Counted from the whole stretch's first letter, positions 1-14,420 are shown. The stretch is DNA of 63,672 bases, filler included, from Octopus bimaculoides (GCF_001194135.2; 4 parts of 4 records of this genome joined end to end with filler, not necessarily neighbours in it); one strand, 5' to 3'. Numbers and translations: made by a program. The notes: generated by a model not told the origin, from the sequence alone.

Positions 1-58
1 AGCAATGGCGTCAAGAATAGTAATAACGTCAGTAAAATTAATAGTTACTAATTATGAT

Positions 59-60
<2 letters not shown>

Positions 61-132
<72 letters not shown>

Positions 133-155
133 CAATAATAATAATAATAATAATG
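61..155. repeat. (AAT)n microsatellite; the window also holds dozens of (CA)n, (TA)n, (CT)n, (TACA)n, (CAT)n and (GACA)n-(GATA)n tracts
   Basis: Direct reading, e.g. (CAT)n 437-475, (CT)n 18098-18210, (GACA)n/(GATA)n 36182-36300, (ATT)n 42638-42690. Confidence 0.99.
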
Positions 156-437
156 ATAATAATAATAATGATAATTAATTTCTTTTTTGGCTATATAATA
201 CTTGTATTGTGTGTCAAAGGTTACGCTGTTAATTGGTTCAACTGTGATGCGTGGCTGGTTTTTTGATATTTCATGCATAAATTCAAAATACGAGATTTCT
301 TTTTTTCGCTTTCCTCAATTTTGCTTTTCAGGGGGTTGATGTGAGGGTTATGGTTTGGGGGTGGGGTGTATAGGGAAAATGTAATATAAAGACTGGTTTC
401 AGATTTAAGAAAGACTTAGGAGATTACAGATGGATCG

Positions 438-474
<37 letters not shown>

Positions 475-584
475 TATACTCATCATTGTAACCACCGCCC
501 TCTGCAGGTTGAATATTCTGCTCTTACCAAGCGATCAAAGTATATTTAGCTTCCTTTTTTAAAATCTCTTGTTGAAATGACGTC

Positions 585-643
<59 letters not shown>

Positions 644-1070
644 GCACGGATGTGTAGTAAGAAGCGTGTTTCCCAACGACATGGTTCCCGGTCCAGTCCC
701 ACCGCGTGTCTTCTACTATACCCTCGGGCCGACCAAAGCCTTGTGAGTGAATTTGGTAAGCGGAAACTGACAGAAGCCCGTTGTATATATATATAGTTCA
801 AGACGGTTCCCCAGCATGGTCGCAGTCAAATGACTAACATGTGAAGGATACAAAAATAAAGGATATAAATACATACATACATACATACATAGGTATTGGT
901 ATCTAGAAGACTCACAGAGTGGCAAGTAACGTTAAGTAAGTGCTATGGACAGACCGTAAACTTTTGGTTCGATAGTGATACAAGTGAGGAGTCTAATGTG
1001 GGTCTTGTATTAGCATGTATATGTATATATACAAATTATAAATAAATAAATATATATATATATAAATTAT

Positions 1071-1164
1071 AAATTATAACTGAGGGTATCTAAAAGATAC
1101 CACCATGCTAGAGATGGCCTTCTTTAGCAGGGTGTAATCTCTTAGATACCCGCAATTATAATTT
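1071..1164. repeat. 94-bp imperfect palindrome centred on GGCC (small MITE-like element)
   Basis: AAATTATAACTGAGGGTATCTAAAAGAT...GGCC...ATCTCTTAGATACCCGCAATTATAATTT. Confidence 0.8.
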
Positions 1165-2395
1165 TAATAATAACTATTACTTATAAAACTTTCTTTCTCA
1201 TGCTGGCCACTTGATATGATCATTATTTTAAATAACGGTCTTTTCCTTATTTATATAAAAATTTATATCTATATCTATATATATATATAAGCCATAATAA
1301 AACAAGTGATATCATTGCCATTAATGATACGTCAGATATTATTAATGGTAATGGTATGAATTGTTTCAAAATTTGGCATAAAGCTTGTAGTTTTAAGAAA
1401 GGAATATTCCAATGATCCTGGTACTTGACTGGTATGTCATTTTATTGACTCCAGAAGGATGAAAGGCCAAGTTTACTTCGGTGGGAATTGAACTCAGAAT
1501 GTAAAGAACCAAGACAAATGAATCTTGGTGTTTTTTCCAATGATCTGACAACTCTACCAGCTCGTTGTCTTATTAATAATTGTTTCTAAGTTTGGAACAA
1601 GGCTGAAAATTTTGTGGTTTTTGGTTAGTCGATGGCATCGATCTCGAAAAGATAAAAGGGTAGAGTTGTCCTCGGTGTGATTCTAACTTATGATCGATAT
1701 ATCACTTTGGAACACAGCCGGCAATTTTATGGGTGCTGGTTAGTCGATCGTATCGATCTCGAAAAGATAGAAAGTAAAGCTGTCCTCGACGTGACCCGAA
1801 CTCACACTCTATGTATGATCTGGTAGTGCTAAAACATTGCTTAAGCGACTATTTTGATGCTACTGATCTAAAAAGCACATTGTAATTAAAGATGGTTGTT
1901 TGCACCGGAAGTTTAGCCGCCCAGATCATTATCAGGGACAATAGAGTACAAGACAACTGAAAGGTAATTTCTGGTCGGTATCTCAATGTTCTCAGTGAAC
2001 AAAAAGAATGACTTTACTTTCAAAAGGACTCGCAGTAATAGGAATGAAGAGCTTCTCGGTTTTACATGTACATAATTTCTATTATAGCGATAAATATATA
2101 CAATCTCACCAACGCACGCTTATGACACTAGCGCTTATATATATATATATAAAGTAAGAGAGGGAGAAGAAACACGTCTTCCTCATTCAAACACGCTTTC
2201 TAATCTGTCGCTGGGCCGATAGCGGCAAATTATGTATATATACATAATTGCCTTTGTCTTTATATATATATATATATATATATNNNNNNNNNNAAGTATT
2301 CATACAAATCAAAGGTTATAGTTAAAAGAAAAACAACACGAAAATACGTTACAAGATTTAAAAAAATAATTGTTACATTAAGTGACTTTTATAAA

Positions 2396-2438
2396 ATGTT
2401 ACCGGTTTTGATGTAGGTATGTCTATCTTATCAAATAT
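2396..2438 (-). ncRNA. Decayed minimal hammerhead motif
   Basis: Minus strand ATAT-TTGATAA-GAT...ATC-AAAA-CCGGTA-ACAT. Palindromic ACCGGT stem III; C3T, G8A and G12A transitions. Confidence 0.35.
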
Positions 2439-3307
2439 TAAAAATTCAAAGTTAAAAGTCAGGAAATAAGAAAAAAATTGGAAATTAAAAGTAGTTTGTT
2501 CTCATATTTTGTGTGTAGTTAAGAACATTCACCATTAGTCAATAAATAACGATCTATGGTTAAAATGGAAACAGCAAAGAAATATGAAAGATATTTTTAC
2601 AATAACGATCTATAGTTTACTCTGTATGGGGGACTTAGCTCCGACTAGAGAACAGGCTAGGATAACTGCATCATCGTTTCAAAGATATCTGAAAGGGAGA
2701 CGCACAAAGGTGATTGCTCATGTTGGAGATTAGAACTAAGCAATGGTTTAAAAAAGACGAGGAAGAAGTTACTATTGTTTTAATACAGTTTAAGAAGGCA
2801 GCGAACTGGCAAAATGCTTAGCGGCCTCCCTCCAAACTTCAGGCTTTGTGCAAATTGTAAAAAATGATTTTAATACAATTTAAGGTGGTGACTTGACAGG
2901 ATTGTTAGCTTTGCGGCGTTTCATCCGCCTTTGTGTTTTGAGTTCAAATTCCGCTGAGGTTGAGTTTACCTTTTATCCTTTCGGGGTCGATAAAATAAGT
3001 ACCAGTTGAACACTGAGGTCGATGGAATCGACTAGCTCCTTCCCCACAAATTGCTGACCTTGTGCTAAAAATTGAAACCGTTACTTTAAATACAATTTGT
3101 TGTATTATTATTGTCAGGTCTATAAGGGTGGCACAGATGGTAACCTGCTGAGCGGTAATTAATTTCGTTGATTAGTGTTCGAGTTCAGATCCTGACAGTC
3201 AGCTACGACATTGCATTTTATTCCACCATTGGTTTTCAGGCAATATTTACTACAGTCAGTTCAATAGACTACAGCTGCTCCAACACATTGTGTGTATGTA
3301 TGTATGC

Positions 3308-3345
<38 letters not shown>

Positions 3346-3427
3346 GAAGAAATTGGAGTCAACATATACCATAACTTTATTTATATATATATATATGATA
3401 ACGCCTTTACATCTTAAAAATAACTCT

Positions 3428-3800
3428 TTCTCCTATAGGTACAAGGCCTGAAAGTTTGTGGGAGAAGGTTACTCGGTTACATCAAACAGTGTCCAACTGG
3501 TATCTGTTCCATCGACCCCAAAAGGAAAAAAGGCAAAGTCGACCTTAGCGGCATTCGAATACAGAGCGCAAAGACGGACGAAATATCGATTTCAAATTTT
3601 GGCACAGGACCAATAAGTTCAGAGGAGGGTTTAAATAGATTTCATCGGCTCCCATTGCTGAACTGGTACTTATTTTGTTGTCTCCGAAAGGAGGAAAGGC
3701 GAAGTCGACCTCGCCGGGATTTGAACTCGGAATGTAAAGACGGAAGAAATATCACTTAGAATTTTGTTCGGCGTGCTAACGGTTCTGCCAGCATGCTGTC
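3428..3800 (-). mobile_element. Two adjacent SINE family B copies
   Basis: GAAAGGCAAAGTCGACCT...TTTGAACTC motifs at 3428-3585 and 3589-3800. Further family B copies at 1375-1572(-), 2881-3085(+), 24185-24300(+), 24790-24900(+), 29050-29250(+), 45725-45835(-). Confidence 0.8.
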
Positions 3801-3815
3801 ACCTGTTAGAACTAA

Positions 3816-4237
3816 TAACCCTTTCACAAGGCCTCACATTTGGGGAATGGGATTAAGTCGATTACATCAACCCCAGCACGTAACTGGTACTTATTTAATC
3901 GACCCCGAAAAGGTGAAAGGCAAAGTCGACAACGGTAGAATTTGAACTCAGAAGACGAGTGAAAAACTGCTGAGCATTTTGCCCGGCGTGCTCACGATTC
4001 TTGTTTCTTTATTGCCCACCGTGGGGCCAAACATAGAGGGGACAAACAAGGACAGACAAAGGGATTAAGTCGATTACATCGACCCCAGTGCGTAATTGGT
4101 ACTTATTTCATCGACCCCGAAAGGGTGAAAGGCAAAGTCGACCTCGGCGGAATTTGAACTCAGAACGTAACGGCAGACGAAATACCGCTAAGCATTTCGC
4201 CCGGTGTGCTAACGATTCTGCCAGCTCGCCGCCCTCT
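3816..4237 (-). mobile_element. SINE family B dimer with 12-bp flanking direct repeat
   Basis: A long monomer (4234-4004) is fused to a head-clipped monomer (4003-3826). TGTTAGAACTAA flanks it at 3804-3815 and 4238-4249. Confidence 0.85.
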
Positions 4238-5094
4238 TGTTAGAACTAACGATGACATAAATGATTATTTTAGGATAATAATGATAATTAGTTAATAAAT
4301 CAATGCAAAACTATACATGTGTCGGAGAAAGAGAGCGCAATTATATATAACTGCCTCAGCAATTTATCATCGTCCAGAAAAAACGGGAAGGAGAAGGATA
4401 GTCGACTTCTCAATAGGATTTTAATATGGAAGATAAGGGATCGTCACTAAAGAGCGCGAGGCATTTTGTTCGACACTCTATCGCTTCTATCAAAACAAAT
4501 TCAAGAGATAATGATTTCCACAAGGGTGTAGCTAATTATATCTTCGACGTTAGTTTTTTATTAAGCAATCATTTTATCGATTCTTGGTTAACCCTTTACT
4601 CTTTTACTTGTTTCAGTTATTTGACTGCTGCCATGCTGGAGCACCGCCTTTAGTCGATCAAATTGACCCCNNNNNNNNNNTTGGTCGGCCTGAAGCTTAT
4701 AGTAGAAGACACTTGCCCAAGGTGCCACTTAGTGGGACTGAACCCAGAACCATGTGATTGGGAAGCAAGCTACTTACTATACAACCACTCTTGGTTGTAA
4801 AGAAAATTATGTTGACACCGGAGGGATATGAACTCGGATCCTGGAAGAAGGAATATAACTGAATACTGATAAGCATTTTGTCTGAGACTGTATCGTTTCT
4901 TGCCATCGAACATCATCGCTGGAATGGTTGGATGGCAGAAGACCGCATATTTCATGGAGAGAAGGAACAATAATATAATTGATTGATTTTTTACTGAATA
5001 TCAGAAGAATCATAAGTTACAGGCGCGATTTGAACTCCGAACGTAAAGAGTCCGAAGAAATACTGCTAGGTAATTTCTGTTCGATGCTCTAACT

Positions 5095-5450
5095 CGAATT
5101 AAACTGCGGACCACTTTAATCACAGAAAGTTTTTTGAGGGCCGCTTGTATACTTTATGCACTGATAGACAGTTATCCGAATTACAGAATCAAGAATTTTT
5201 CATACTTTTCGTTTGTTTAAAATTATAGAATTGTAGGGTATTGCTTTATTGCCACTTATAAATTTTAAATTATCGTTGCAAAAACAGTAGTATCTTTCTT
5301 TTTTTTTACTTTTCATTACAATCTTTAGTTTTTGATAAATTTTTAAAAATGTTTGTTTAAGTAAATCCATTTCAAAAACTATCAAGCGGGCTACAAGATA
5401 AAAGTCTGTAGGCCGCATGCGTCCCGCGGGCGTCAGGTTGGTGAGCCCTG
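5095..5450. mobile_element. Possible hAT-type non-autonomous element
   Basis: The end GGCCGCATGCGTCCCGCGGGCGTCAGGTTGGTGAGCCCTG resembles hAT/Charlie-type subterminal GC motifs with a CAGGG terminus. The other end is unclear. Confidence 0.35.
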
Positions 5451-6368
5451 CTCTAATGATTNNNNNNNNNNNNNNNNNNNNNNNNNNNNNNNNNNNNNNN
5501 NNNNNNNNNNNNNNNNNNNNNNNNNNNNNNNNNNNNNNNNNNNNNNNNNNNNNNNNNNNNNNNNNNNNNNNNNNNNNNNNNNNNNNNNNNNNNNNNNNNN
5601 NNNNNNNNNNNNNNNNNNNNNNNNNNNNNNNNNNNNNNNNNNNNNNNNNNNNNNNNNNNNNNNNNNNNNNNNNNNNNNNNNNNNNNNNNNNNNNNNNNNN
5701 NNNNNNNNNNNNNNNNNNNNNNNNNNNNNNNNNNNNNNNNNNNNNNNNNNNNNNNNNNNNNNNNNNNNNNNNNNNNNNNNNNNNNNNNNNNNNNNNNNNN
5801 NNNNNNNNNNNNNNNNNNNNNNNNNNNNNNNNNNNNNNNNNNNNNNNNNNNNNNNNNNNNNNNNNNNNNNNNNNNNNNNNNNNNNNNNNNNNNNNNNNNN
5901 NNNNNNNNNNNNNNNNNNNNNNNNNNNNNNNNNNNNNNNNNNNNNNNNNNNNNNNNNNNNNNNNNNNNNNNNNNNNNNNNNNNNNNNNNNNNNNNNNNNN
6001 NNNNNNNNNNNNNNNNNNNNNNNNNNNNNNNNNNNNNNNNNNNNNNNNNNNNNNNNNNNNNNNNNNNNNNNNNNNNNNNNNNNNNNNNNNNNNNNNNNNN
6101 NNNNNNNNNNNNNNNNNNNNNNNNNNNNNNNNNNNNNNNNNNNNNNNNNNNNNNNNNNNNNNNNNNNNNNNNNNNNNNNNNNNNNNNNNNNNNNNNNNNN
6201 NNNNNNNNNNNNNNNNNNNNNNNNNNNNNNNNNNNNNNNNNNNNNNNNNNNNNNNNNNNNNNNNNNNNNNNNNNNNNNNNNNNNNNNNNNNNNNNNNNNN
6301 NNNNNNNNNNNNNNNNNNNNNNNNNNNNNNNNNNNNNNNNNNNNNNNNNNTATATATATATGTATATT

Positions 6369-6399
<31 letters not shown>

Positions 6400-6418
6400 T
6401 CATACATACATATATATG

Positions 6419-6475
<57 letters not shown>

Positions 6476-6629
6476 GTATGTATATATACATGCATATATA
6501 TATATATGTATGTATATATACATGCATATATATATATATGTATGGATATATATATTTCATACATAACTACATATATGTGTGTGCATATGTGTGCATATGT
6601 GTGTGCATATGTGTGCGCATATATAAATA

Positions 6630-6660
<31 letters not shown>

Positions 6661-7334
6661 ACAGATAAATAAGTAAATAAAAATTGAACTTACCAAAGTT
6701 GTTTTAGTTTAGCACCAACCAAAATGAATACAACTGATAATATACGACTACGACAAAGTAGACGGAAGAAACGGGGAAGCCCAGCAAATATATTAATCAG
6801 TTTGTTAATTAATAAATAATAACTATAATAAGAATCATGAGTAAACGAGGAGCAACAGCAAAGAAGCTCTTAAAAGTTGTTGCAAGAAAACTAACTGATC
6901 TAGCGAACACCTGCTTCGCTTCCGTTGCTTATGATATATTCTACTCTGATGGCCAGCTTGAAAGGTGAGCGTGGTGTTTACACCTGTCTTGGGAACTTAA
7001 TAAGAAATGCTACCTTGTGTTTGGACAAACATGCAAAAAACGTCATATGTGTTGCTTTAGTGTTTGACATTTTTACAGAGGCGTGACCAAGCGTGTGTTT
7101 TGATATGTTCGCTTGTCAACCTATGTGTCTGTGTTTGTTTGTGCGTTCGTGTGTATGTGTGTGTGTGTGTGTGATCGCGCGCGCGCGCAAGCGTGTGTGT
7201 GTGTGTGTTGTATTCTTTTCATTTGATTGTGATGTTTGTTATTCTTTTCTTTTGTCTTTGAAAGGTATCCGTGTGTATTTACCGACGTTATGCGTGTGAA
7301 TCTCTCTTTCTTTCTCTCCCTTCCCCTCTCTCCT

Positions 7335-7404
<70 letters not shown>

Positions 7405-7713
7405 TCTCACACTTTCTCTCTCTTTACTTTCTCTCATCCTTTCCTTTCTTATTTTACCGTCTATTTATCTCTCTTCATTCCATCTCTCTTCATTCCATCT
7501 CTCTTCATTCCATCTCTCTTCATTCCATCTCTCTCTCTCTCTCTCTCTCTCTNNNNNNNNNNNNNNNNNNNNNNNNNNNNNNNNNNNNNNNNNNNNNNNN
7601 NNNNNNNNNNNNNNNNNNNNNNNNNNNNNNNNNNNNNNNNNNNNNNNNNNNNNNNNNNNNNNNNNNNNNNNNNNNNNNNNNNNNNNNNNNNNNNNNNNNN
7701 NNNNNNNNNNNNN

Positions 7714-7768
<55 letters not shown>

Positions 7769-7906
7769 TCTCACACTTTCTCTCTCTTTACTTTCTCTCA
7801 TCCTTTCCTTTCTTATTTTACCGTCTATTTATCTCTCTTCATTCCATCTCTCTTCATTCCATCTCTCTTCATTCCATCTCTCTTCATTCCATCTCTCTTC
7901 ATTCCA

Positions 7907-7943
<37 letters not shown>

Positions 7944-8138
7944 TACCCTCTATATCTTTCTCTACCACACCTCATCTCTCTCTCTCTCTCTCTCGCTCAC
8001 ACACACACACACTATCTCACTTTAACTTTATTTCTCCTTCCCCCCACCTTATAATACTCTATTTCGATCCCTCTCTACACACCATTCCATCTCTCTCTTT
8101 CTTGCACAGACTCTCTTTGTCCCACTCCACGTACTTTA

Positions 8139-8189
<51 letters not shown>

Positions 8190-8606
8190 TTACACACTTT
8201 CTCTCTCTAGATTCCCTTTCGCTTCCCTGCCTTATGTTACACTCTGTCACTTTCTTCAACTTTCACTCTTCACATCGTCCTCCCTTTCCATCTCACCCTC
8301 TCACTCTCTCTCTCTCTCTCTCTCTCTCTTAATCCTTCTCTCTTTCTCATTCTCTCTCTCTCTCTCAACCCTTCTCTCTTTCTTATTCTCTCTCTCTCTC
8401 TCTCTCCTCAGTCGCCTTCTCACACACAAACACACACACACACACGCATACAGGTACACACACGCAAACACACGTCTGTGTGTGTATAAGGCTTTATCTG
8501 TTTACGTATGCGGTTGTGTGTGTGAGAGTGTGTGTGTGAGAGTGTGTGTGTGTACATAAATGTATTTCAGTAAGTATTTATAATTGTTATTATGCGTATG
8601 TATAAG

Positions 8607-8675
<69 letters not shown>

Positions 8676-9581
8676 NNNNNNNNNNNNNNNNNNNNNNNNN
8701 NNNNNNNNNNNNNNNNNNNNNNNNNNNNNNNNNNNNNNNNNNNNNNNNNNNNNNNNNNNNNNNNNNNNNNNNNNNNNNNNNNNNNNNNNNNNNNNNNNNN
8801 NNNNNNNNNNNNNNNNNNNNNNNNNNNNNNNNNNNNNNNNNNNNNNNNNNNNNNNNNNNNNNNNNNNNNNNNNNNNNNNNNNNNNNNNNNNNNNNNNNNN
8901 NNNNNNNNNNNNNNNNNNNNNNNNNNNNNNNNNNNNNNNNNNNNNNNNNNNNNNNNNNNNNNNNNNNNNNNNNNNNNNNNNNNNNNNNNNNNNNNNNNNN
9001 NNNNNNNNNNNNNNNNNNNNNNNNNNNNNNNNNNNNNNNNNNNNNNNNNNNNNNNNNNNNNNNNNNNNNNNNNNNNNNNNNNNNNNNNNNNNNNNNNNNN
9101 NNNNNNNNNNNNNNNNNNNNNNNNNNNNNNNNNNNNNNNNNNNNNNNNNNNNNNNNNNNNNNNNNNNNNNNNNNNNNNNNNNNNNNNNNNNNNNNNNNNN
9201 NNNNNNNNNNNNNNNNNNNNNNNNNNNNNNNNNNNNNNNNNNNNNNNNNNNNNNNNNNNNNNNNNNNNNNNNNNNNNNNNNNNNNNNNNNNNNNATATAT
9301 ATATATTTATATATATATATATATTTTTTTTTTTCTTTTTCTTTTACTAGTTTCAATCATGTTGGAGTACTGCATTTAGTCGAACAAATCGACCCCAGGA
9401 CTTATTCTTTGTAAGCCAAATACTTATTCTATCTGTCTCTCTTGCCGAAACGCTAAATTACGGGAACGTAAACACACCAACATCGGTTGTCAAGCGATGG
9501 TGGGGTGGGGGACAAACACAGACGCACAAATACATACATACATACATACATACACACATACATACATGCATACATACATAC

Positions 9582-9627
<46 letters not shown>

Positions 9628-9739
9628 GCGCATGAGTGGCTGTGTGATATAAAGCCTGCTTCCCAACCACATGGTTCCGGATTCAGTCCCACTGCGTGCC
9701 ACACACACACACACACACGCACATATATATATATGTATA

Positions 9740-9779
<40 letters not shown>

Positions 9780-10324
9780 NNNNNNNNNNNNNNNNNNNNN
9801 NNNNNNNNNNNNNNNNNNNNNNNNNNNNNNNNNNNNNNNNNNNNNNNNNNNNNNNNNNNNNNNNNNNNNNNNNNNNNNNNNNNNNNNNNNNNNNNNNNNN
9901 NNNNNNNNNNNNNNNNNNNNNNNNNNNNNNNNNNNNNNNNNNNNNNNNNNNNNNNNNNNNNNNNNNNNNNNNNNNNNNNNNNNNNNNNNNNNNNNNNNNN
10001 NNNNNNNNNNNNNNNNNNNNNNNNNNNNNNNNNNNNNNNNNNNNNNNNNNNNNNNNNNNNNNNNNNNNNNNNNNNNNNNNNNNNNNNNNNNNNNNNNNNN
10101 NNNNNNNNNNNNNNNNNNNNNNNNNNNNNNNNNNNNNNNNNNNNNNNNNNNNNNNNNNNNNNNNNNNNNNNNNNNNNNNNNNNNNNNNNNNNNNNNNNNN
10201 NNNNNNNNNNNNNNNNNNNNNNNNNNNNNNNNNNNNNNNNNNNNNNNNNNNNNNNNNNNNNNNNNNNNNNNNNNNNNNNNNNNNNNNNNNNNNNNNNNNN
10301 NNNNNNNNNNNNNNNNNNNNNNNN

Positions 10325-10366
<42 letters not shown>

Positions 10367-10469
10367 ATATATTGATTCCACTTTTTGAACTAAGTTATAT
10401 AGCACTGAACTATTTCTTCTGCACTCTAACAAGCTTTCTTTATGCTTGATGATGCAAAGAAAGAGAGAA

Positions 10470-10508
<39 letters not shown>

Positions 10509-10731
10509 AGAGGGGAGAGAAATTCAAAGAGTGAGAGAGGGAGGGAAAGAGAATGAGAGAGAGAGAAGGAGGGAGAGACAGAGAAAGTGTGAGAGAAAGA
10601 GAGAGTTATGTACAGATGTTTGTGAAACTATGTATGTGCAGGTAGGCGTGGGTGCGAAAGTGTACTTCCAGATGGTCTTTTATCTCTATCGGATTTTTGT
10701 GTACATGGACCTCGCTCTCCTTATACATACA

Positions 10732-10767
<36 letters not shown>

Positions 10768-11275
10768 TATATACATACACACATCTTTGTATATGCACAG
10801 ACACACACTCACATACAAATGTATATAATGTATAATATATATATATATGTATATGTATATGTGTATGTGTGTAAGTATACATATATATATGTATATATAT
10901 TATTTGCTTGTGTATTTTAAAATCCATATATAGATGCTTGTGTGCATGTGGGAATGCGCGTTTGTGCGTTTGTGTGTGTGTGTGTGTGTTTGCATATAGG
11001 TTTGAGATTGTGCGTTTTTTTAATGAGTTAATAGGAATAAGTTGTGAGAAATTGTACGGACGATGGGAACGAAAGAAGCTAAAGCTATGACGAGGCCAAC
11101 GATTAATGAAAACAATATAAATCTTTAAGGTGCCAAGGTGATGAGTAGCTTAATAAAACAACATTTATACATACATACACGCCTATGCATAAATATAAAT
11201 ATAATATGCACCCTTATACCTATACATATATATGTATATGCATACATATATACATACATATATATACATATTATT

Positions 11276-11675
11276 CTTTTACTCTTTTACTTGTTTCAGT
11301 CATTTGACTGCGGCCATGCTGGAGCACTGCCTTTAGTCGAACAAATCGACACCGGGACTTATTCATTGTAAGCCTAGTACTTATTCTATCGGTCACTTTT
11401 GCCGAACCGTTGAGTTACGGGGACATAAACACACCAGCATCGGTTGTCAAGCGATGTTGTGGAGACAGACACAGACACATAATCCTCACCCCCCCCCCCN
11501 NNNNNNNNNNCCCCACACACATATACGACGGGCTTTCAGATTCCGTCTGCCAAATCCACTGATAAATCTTTGGTCGGCCCGAGACTATAATAGAAGACAC
11601 TTGCCCAAGGTGCCACGCAGTGGGACTGAACCCGGAGTATGTGGCTGGTAAAGGAAGCTATTTACCACACAGCTG
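11276..11675 (-). mobile_element. SINE family A, full-length copy (tRNA head, internal microsatellite, ...GACTGAAACAAGTAAAAGAG tail)
   Basis: Homologous copies at 641-865(+), 4595-4790(-), 9335-9520(-), 9625-9700(+), 15317-15692(-), 20966-21362(-), 22877-23075(+), 23095-23511(-), 24010-24110(-), 63110-63265(+), 63500-63645(+). Confidence 0.9.
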
Positions 11676-12546
11676 TAGTAATGAGTTGCGACGTCAGTGG
11701 TGCCGAGAAGTTTTGGCCTTGGACAACATCGGTGGCGTGGAGAGAGAGGCTGGTATGTATGGGCGACTGCTAGTCTTCCATAAATAGCCTTACCTAGAGG
11801 CTAACTTAGTAGGTGCAATCCATTAGTCATTCATGACCGAAGGAAATCTTTACCTTTTTACCCTTTATAATCATGAGCAGGCAGAGATACTTTTTCACTC
11901 TTGATCCAGCAAAGGGTAACAAACAGGACAAAAAGCCCCCAAAATCTTAGAATGAAGCTTCTGACTGGTCAAATTAAACTCTAAATCTCCAATCAGGAAT
12001 ACAAAACATACATACATATGTAGCTATAGAGCCGCCTTAACAGCATTGTATCCCCCTGGGAAAATCAATGCATTAGTCCTTATATTTATTTATTGACAAC
12101 AAGCCGCAACATACATAGGTCTGAATTGGGCCCCTAGACCTGTGAGATCCCTAGACCTGTGAGATCCCTAGACCCTGGATAGATACAAAAAAGCAAGCAT
12201 ACATACGTATATACAAAGATATGTATAACCGTATCCGAATGCATACATACCTGTATATGTATTATATATATAGAAATTCTAGTGAACAGTGAAGGGAGAA
12301 ATGAATACAATTAGTGGTCACTCAAAAGCGAAAGTAATATCATGAGAATATTCGAGGCGTCCTTGAGAGTCCGAGTGAACAGCTGTTACATGTGAAAGAA
12401 ACGTTTCTGGGAAAAACAGAAACTTAGAGAAGAAGGCTGAAAAATATTAGCAACAATGACGAGGAGAAATAATCACTCCAGAATCTGTCGTGGATACATC
12501 ACATCTCAGGTGCAAGCATATGCCAACCGCATTTCAGCAACAGGGT

Positions 12547-12930
12547 GGAGGCGCAATGGCCCAGTGGTTAGGGCAGCGGACTCGCGGTCATAGGATCGCG
12601 GTTTCGATTCCCAGACCGGGCGTTGTGAGTGTTTATTGAGCAAAAACACCTAAAGCTCCACGAGGCTCCGGCAGAGGATGGCGGCGAACCCTGCTGTACT
12701 CTTTCGCCACAACTTTCTCTCACTCTTACTTCCTGTTTCTGTTGTGCCTGTAATTCAAAGGGTCAGCCTTGTCACACTCTGTGTCACGCTGAATCTCACC
12801 GAGGACTGCGTTAAGGGTACACGTGTCTGTGGAGTGCTCAGCCACTTGCACGTTAATTTCACGAGCAGGCTGTTCCGTTGTTCGGATCAACTGAAACCCT
12901 CGACGTCGTAAGCGACGGAGTGCCAACAAC
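12547..12930 (+). mobile_element. tRNA-derived SINE, family C (head type 1)
   Basis: A box TGGCCCAGTGG, B box GGTTTCGATTCC. The 3' body from CCTGTAATTCAAAGGG (12747) is shared with the copy at 27028. Confidence 0.85.
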
Positions 12931-13511
12931 AGTAACAGGAGATAGCTTTTGAATATCTGATCAAAAGTTGAGATAAAGATGCCTCTAGGCAACTGTGCGT
13001 GGAAGATATCACCCACGTTGTCATTAACTATCCAAAAAAGTTTGCCTAGATCCTCAATAATTGTCTCTTGAGAACGCTCAGCTGCGACTGCCGCTGCTAC
13101 TAATGAAACTACTACTGCTTTTAATACTAGTGTTGCTACGAAACTACTTCTGCAGGTAGTTAGCTGCTAAGATTGAGTGTGAGATTGTAAAGGAGAAATA
13201 TAGAATAACAGGGAGGAATACTTAAGAAAAGTAAAGTAGTAGGGGGATAAGAAACTCGTTGGTGTTTGCTGGCCGGATTAAGGCATAGCCTAAATCTCGC
13301 AGGCGTCATACAGATAATTATCCCTAAAAAAACAAAAAAAAACTTATCATTATAATGAAGTTCGAAGGAAATGAATGAGGAGACGTGAGGCCCTCAGTCC
13401 CTCGAACCGTAAACGAAGAATTGAAGATTCCTTGAACATTCTTATTGAGTATGGATGGGGTTGTGAAACCCTGACTGCACTTCTCCAAAGGTGTTGCAGG
13501 ATTCGACCCTA

Positions 13512-13558
<47 letters not shown>

Positions 13559-13692
13559 CGTTAAGTCTCCATGTGAAACCATGGTATGGATTTAGTTTCC
13601 TAGTTACCGCCACAAACACATCCACGCACATACACACAAATAAACACGGACGCACATACTCACACACACACACACATATATATGTATGTGTG

Positions 13693-13738
<46 letters not shown>

Positions 13739-13795
13739 NNNNNNNNNNNNNNNNNNNNNNNNNNNNNNNNNNNNNNNNNNNNNNNNNNNNNNNNN

Positions 13796-13829
<34 letters not shown>

Positions 13830-14386
13830 TGTGGTATCGAAATATATTTGACATCACATCTTGACACTTAAAAAGTAATTTCCACAGATGTATTCCCCCC
13901 ACCCCCTCACCTGTAGTTCGAAATTCTTGGCAAAATATTTCTCACTTTTTATTGTAATTAATGTTGTGTTATGTATTATAGACGTTGTGTACAAAATATT
14001 TATGAATATTTTACGTTTTGTCTTGCTGACCTTTTCACACACACACACGCACACACACGTACGCACACACACACACACACACGCACATACACACATTCGT
14101 ATATATCGTGACCTCCATGGGGTTGAGGACTGCTACAGTATTGTAACCAAATCATAGAGACTCTGGAATTCGAATTGACTGATTGGGTAAAGAAGTAACA
14201 CGAACATTAAAAATATTTGTTTGGAATATATATCTGTGTGTGTGTATACATACAAACATGCATACGCACATACAAATATACATACAAACAAACAAACACA
14301 CATACATACATACATATGTCAATCCATCTATACTTCTATACATGCATACATACATACATACATACATACATACATACATGCATGCA

Positions 14387-14420
<34 letters not shown>

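Noticed and set aside
3428-4237. Repeated motifs at roughly regular spacing resembling a CRISPR array
   Set aside because: They are consecutive about 200-bp SINE monomers in a eukaryotic genome, with no repeat-spacer structure and no cas genes.
7280-7930. About 170-bp direct duplication (7380-7552 versus 7745-7930) including (CTCTCTTCATTCCAT)n
   Set aside because: Near-identical copies flank an N gap and differ only in repeat count. Most likely an unmerged contig overlap.
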